DNA of 64,000 bases from an uncultured Nitrososphaerota archaeon. Its GTDB lineage: Archaea > Thermoproteota > Nitrososphaeria > Nitrososphaerales > Gagatemarchaeaceae. Below, piece by piece: positions 61,080 to 64,000 of this stretch (its first letter is position 1; every line of letters starts with the position of its first letter). A model generated the notes under the pieces. It saw nothing but the letters and a program-made list of their open reading frames with translations, was not told the DNA's origin and did not search any database. Made by a program: the position numbers and the translations under genes. The DNA is taken from positions 549,635 to 613,634 of the forward strand of contig CAWISW010000002.1 of NCBI GenBank assembly GCA_963838925.1, written 5' to 3'.

Positions 61080-61655
61080 CTAGCCAGACTTGCCGGCCAC
61101 TACTGTGAAGACGTTCGTAGCGCCAGTCGAGCTTACAACCTTGATTGTATGAGTTGTCCCCGACGCAGGCGCACTGGCCACGGTATAGGTTATCACAACC
61201 TGTCCCGTCAGCCCGGTCGTGTAGGCTGTCTGTGGAGTCACAGAGCTGAAGGCGAAGGCGTGAGAAGTGGCCGAAGAGAGCGTTGTCCCTGTTGGTACGA
61301 CGAACACCTCGGTGTTAGCCAAAGCCGTGTCTGTATTGGGTGGTGTAGTGATCGCGTACGATACACCGTCTACGTAGACGGCGCTTATTGTCGTCGAGGC
61401 GCCTCCAGAGTTCAGCAAGGAGATCTGTATGATAGATCCCGAGCAAGCACATCCCCCGGAGCCTCCTGGGTTCACGTTGAAGTTGTAGGCCTGCAACTGA
61501 AGCCTCTCGGACGTCTGCTGACCTCCTCCTTGCGTGAGTCCTCCTGCGAGGCTGTTGACGTAGACGTAGACGATGATTCCTGCTGCGACTGCGATGGCGA
61601 TGAGTAGGAGTGACGCGATGATTGGCGAGACGGCCCTCTTTCTGCTGAAGTTCAT
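61080..61655 (-). CDS. Type IV pilin P2 (type B)
   Basis: MNFSRKRA/VSPIIASLLLIAIAVAAGIIVYVYVNS. Confidence 0.92.
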   Translation of the reverse strand: MNFSRKRAVSPIIASLLLIAIAVAAGIIVYVYVNSLAGGLTQGGGQQTSERLQLQAYNFNVNPGGSGGCACSGSIIQISLLNSGGASTTISAVYVDGVSYAITTPPNTDTALANTEVFVVPTGTTLSSATSHAFAFSSVTPQTAYTTGLTGQVVITYTVASAPASGTTHTIKVVSSTGATNVFTVVAGKSG

Positions 61656-61657
61656 GT

Positions 61658-62095
61658 CTAACCGGTCCTCCCAGCGGTTATTGAGAACACGAACGTGCCG
61701 CCATCTGTGGTGATGATCTTGAGCGTGTGGGTTGTTCCTGCGGTTGGTGCGGATGGAAGACTTCCAATCGCTTCAGTGAGTGTGGTCACCCCTCCAGTGT
61801 TGAGGGAAGCGCCACCGTTTGTTGGAGAGATAGGCAAGCCATCGTAGAACTCAGCGTTCAGCGTTATTGCGCTGCCGCCGGTATCTCTGACGGTCACAGT
61901 AAGACTGCCTGAGGTCGGGAAGTTGTATGCGTCCATGGAGAGTCCCTCGGAGACCTGCTGGCCGCCTCCGCTTGTGAGGCCGCCCGCGAGGCTGTTGACG
62001 TAGACGTAGACGATGATGCCTGCCGCCACCGCTATCGCGATGAGGAGCAGGGTGGCTATGATTGGGTCGACTGCTCTGCGTTGTGTTTTCATCAT
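61658..62095 (-). CDS. Type IV pilin P1 (type A, promoter-proximal)
   Basis: MKTQRRA/VDPIIATLLLIAIAVAAGIIVYVYVNS. Confidence 0.92.
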   Translation of the reverse strand: MMKTQRRAVDPIIATLLLIAIAVAAGIIVYVYVNSLAGGLTSGGGQQVSEGLSMDAYNFPTSGSLTVTVRDTGGSAITLNAEFYDGLPISPTNGGASLNTGGVTTLTEAIGSLPSAPTAGTTHTLKIITTDGGTFVFSITAGRTG

Positions 62096-62119
62096 TAATG
62101 CACATGGGCCGGGTCAGAC

Positions 62120-62126
62120 TATATAA
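62120..62126 (-). promoter_or_regulatory. TATA box of the pilin array
   Basis: TTATATA about 25 nt upstream of the P1 start. Confidence 0.7.
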
Positions 62127-62164
62127 TGCGACTGAACAACAAATTCATGTTCTCGCGGAAGACG

Positions 62165-62230
62165 CGACTGGCGCTACGAACGTGTTCACAGTCGTGGCCG
62201 GCAAGTCTGGCTAGCCACCTCCCCTTTCTT
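62165..62230 (+). repeat. Inverted copy of the P2 pilin 3' end and terminator tract
   Basis: 48/50 identity to reverse complement of 61080..61129 (encodes TGATNVFTVVAGKSG*), then CCACCTCCCCTTTCTT like the P2 downstream tract. Confidence 0.9.
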
Positions 62231-62325
62231 CTTATCGCTCTCAGGTTTCGCCTGAGTTATTCTGCTCCTTTCACCCTTTCAGTGGCCGATTAAGGTCTCG
62301 ACCCAAAGAGGAGAAATCCTCTTCC

Positions 62326-62514
62326 TCACTTCGCGGCCCGGAAGGTCGCGGAGATCCCTATCGCGATCAGCTTCTCGAGGACCCCTGGCTTATAGAGGAC
62401 GCAGGCTCCGCAGATCCCGGTATCCTTGGGAAGCAGCTTCTCCTTGCCGCACTCGGAGCACTTCGCGATGACGAACTTCGTCGTCTCAGCGAGCGGGCTG
62501 GGGCCGAGGCTCAT
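62326..62514 (-). CDS. Small CxxC/CxxC zinc-binding protein
   Basis: CSEC-x11-CGAC. Confidence 0.55.
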   Translation of the reverse strand: MSLGPSPLAETTKFVIAKCSECGKEKLLPKDTGICGACVLYKPGVLEKLIAIGISATFRAAK

Positions 62515-63085
62515 CGCTGGTTTGCCTCCACCCGCCGGAGAGTCACAGGTTCCCACCCCATTGTGCTTCACACTCGGGATGAAGGTAGATCACCTGGTCC
62601 TCCCTGACTAGCGGGCGTCCGCCGCGGACCTCGGGATCCTGACAAACTCCTCTTTTTTCGCCAAGACGACCGGTGCGAGAAGGGTCATGCGGCTTTTAAC
62701 GGCAGAGGCCTTTGGGGGCCACCCACAAAATAGGACGGCCACGGTCTTGGAGCTACCGAACTCCACGCGCTCGACTCATTGACACGGAGAAGGATCCGCG
62801 CCGGGCCCGGGGGTCAGCTGCCATCTAGGATGGTTCTTGCTGAGATCCGGGCTCGCTGGACATCCGCTGAAGCGCAAGGAGGAGCGCTCGAGACATCCAG
62901 ACACCCTCGACCCGCACGATGCCCCTTTTCGCTAGATCCTCTGCTTTCATATCGATAGGCTTGGCGAACGAGCTGAAAATGGCTCGATGTGAAGACCGAT
63001 TGACCAACTGAATTGCGACTACTCCCAGGGTTCGAGCCCGGCACGGTTTGAGCCGAGGAGGCGTCTACAACTTCCAGGGTGGCGC

Positions 63086-63283
63086 TCACAGTCCTCCGTA
63101 TGGAATCAAGTCTCCGTCGCATCGCGGGCAGTGGAAGAGGAACCACAGTCCGTGCCTTCTGCAGAGGCTCCAGTCCGGATAGCTCGAGGATTTCGGCTTG
63201 GGACCCGCTTTCCTGGCGACCGCGTCAGGAGGCGCCTCAGAAATCGGGAGCGAGTCGAGCTCCAGGGCTGCCTGGGCTGACGT
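63086..63283 (-). CDS. Small Cys/His-rich protein
   Basis: CRRH-x7-CPRC; start uncertain. Confidence 0.4.
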   Translation of the reverse strand, partial: TSAQAALELDSLPISEAPPDAVARKAGPKPKSSSYPDWSLCRRHGLWFLFHCPRCDGDLIPYGGL

Positions 63284-63288
63284 CAAGG

Positions 63289-63480
63289 TTATGCAATCAC
63301 TTTTGGCATGTGTGGATGCGCGCCGTCGTGCCTCGCCATGTGGATGTAGCAGTAGGTCGTGCCGCACACGTGGCACGTGAAGTGGTAACCAATATCCTCG
63401 AGTTTCCTGCCGCAGTATTGGCAGTGAAGGACAGGCTTGGACTCGAGGCCCGAGCGTGCCCGGGCCGGGCTCGAGATCAC
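63289..63480 (-). CDS. AN1-like zinc-finger microprotein
   Basis: CQYC...FTCHVCGTTYCYIH...H. Confidence 0.6.
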   Translation of the reverse strand: MISSPARARSGLESKPVLHCQYCGRKLEDIGYHFTCHVCGTTYCYIHMARHDGAHPHMPKVIA

Positions 63481-64000
63481 CCCGGCCAGTCCCCTAGTCG
63501 TCGCAATTCTTGCACCTCCGCGGAGGGAGGAAATGCATCACCCCCACAGGGTCGTTGTAGATCTCGTAGTCTTCGGGCGGAATCTTCCTTGGATTGTCCT
63601 TGGGCATGACATTACAGGTGATAGAAGATAAAAACACCCATCTCGCACTGGGGTTTTGCCTTTGCATGGACCGTGGGCTGTTTCTTTAGGCGAAACCGAA
63701 TGTGTGATTGGCTCTGCCCACAGGTCGTGATGAAGCCGGTTCATTTAGGAGATCGCCGTCCAACTCGGAACTCGTGGGCTAGACCACCGCAAGTTTGGTC
63801 TTCGGCTTCGCATGACTTTTCTCGAAATCCGTCGAAGAGGAATTATTACGCTTCGCCTTTCTCATCGACTATAGTTGAGCTTCGAGGGCCAGTCGCTGGA
63901 TACTTACAGCACTCCTACCTCAGCGCCGAAGGGCGTTCCTTACCTGCGGAAGCGCGCCCGCAAATGCCGTGTGCGGACAGTAGTCCGTCTCGTCCATTTC

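Noticed and set aside
59249-62230. Diversity-generating retroelement acting on pilins
   Set aside because: No reverse transcriptase in the window, and mismatches between repeat copies are not adenine-specific.
63020-63050. GGTTCGAGCCC resembling a tRNA T-loop
   Set aside because: No acceptor, D or anticodon stems could be folded around it.

Overview
GC-rich archaeal chromosomal window. The gene content (type II GAPDH, class III signal-peptide pilins, RAD55/KaiC-like ATPases, TATA-box promoters) suggests a non-AOA Nitrososphaerota-like lineage; this is inference. Most of the window is a large type IV pilus and signalling island. It holds a TadA/TadC-like (FlaI/FlaJ-like) ATPase and platform pair, a 2219-aa giant pilin-like adhesin with nested domains, glycosylation genes and two pilin loci. 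It also holds five stand-alone KaiC-like ATPase genes (one with a degenerate Walker A), a membrane protein with a degenerate KaiC-like domain, a regulator-UbiA-polyprenyl synthase operon, an intein-bearing MoxR ATPase with a vWA partner, ftsZ and six small TA or TA-like modules. The most striking features are: (1) a pilin array at 59.2-62.2 kb with one promoter-bearing locus followed by start-less cassettes that share a conserved 57-bp junction, plus an inverted copy of a pilin 3' end, suggestive of pilin antigenic variation; (2) ~0.85-1.07 kb TA modules each followed by a duplicated copy of the host gene's 3' end, like integrase-less mini-elements; (3) a clustered palindromic (RTCGAY)4 repeat around ftsZ; (4) a family of unannotated CxxC/HxxxxH microproteins. 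Many genes carry single-base frameshifts that are probably long-read errors. All alignments were done by eye and no database searches were run.
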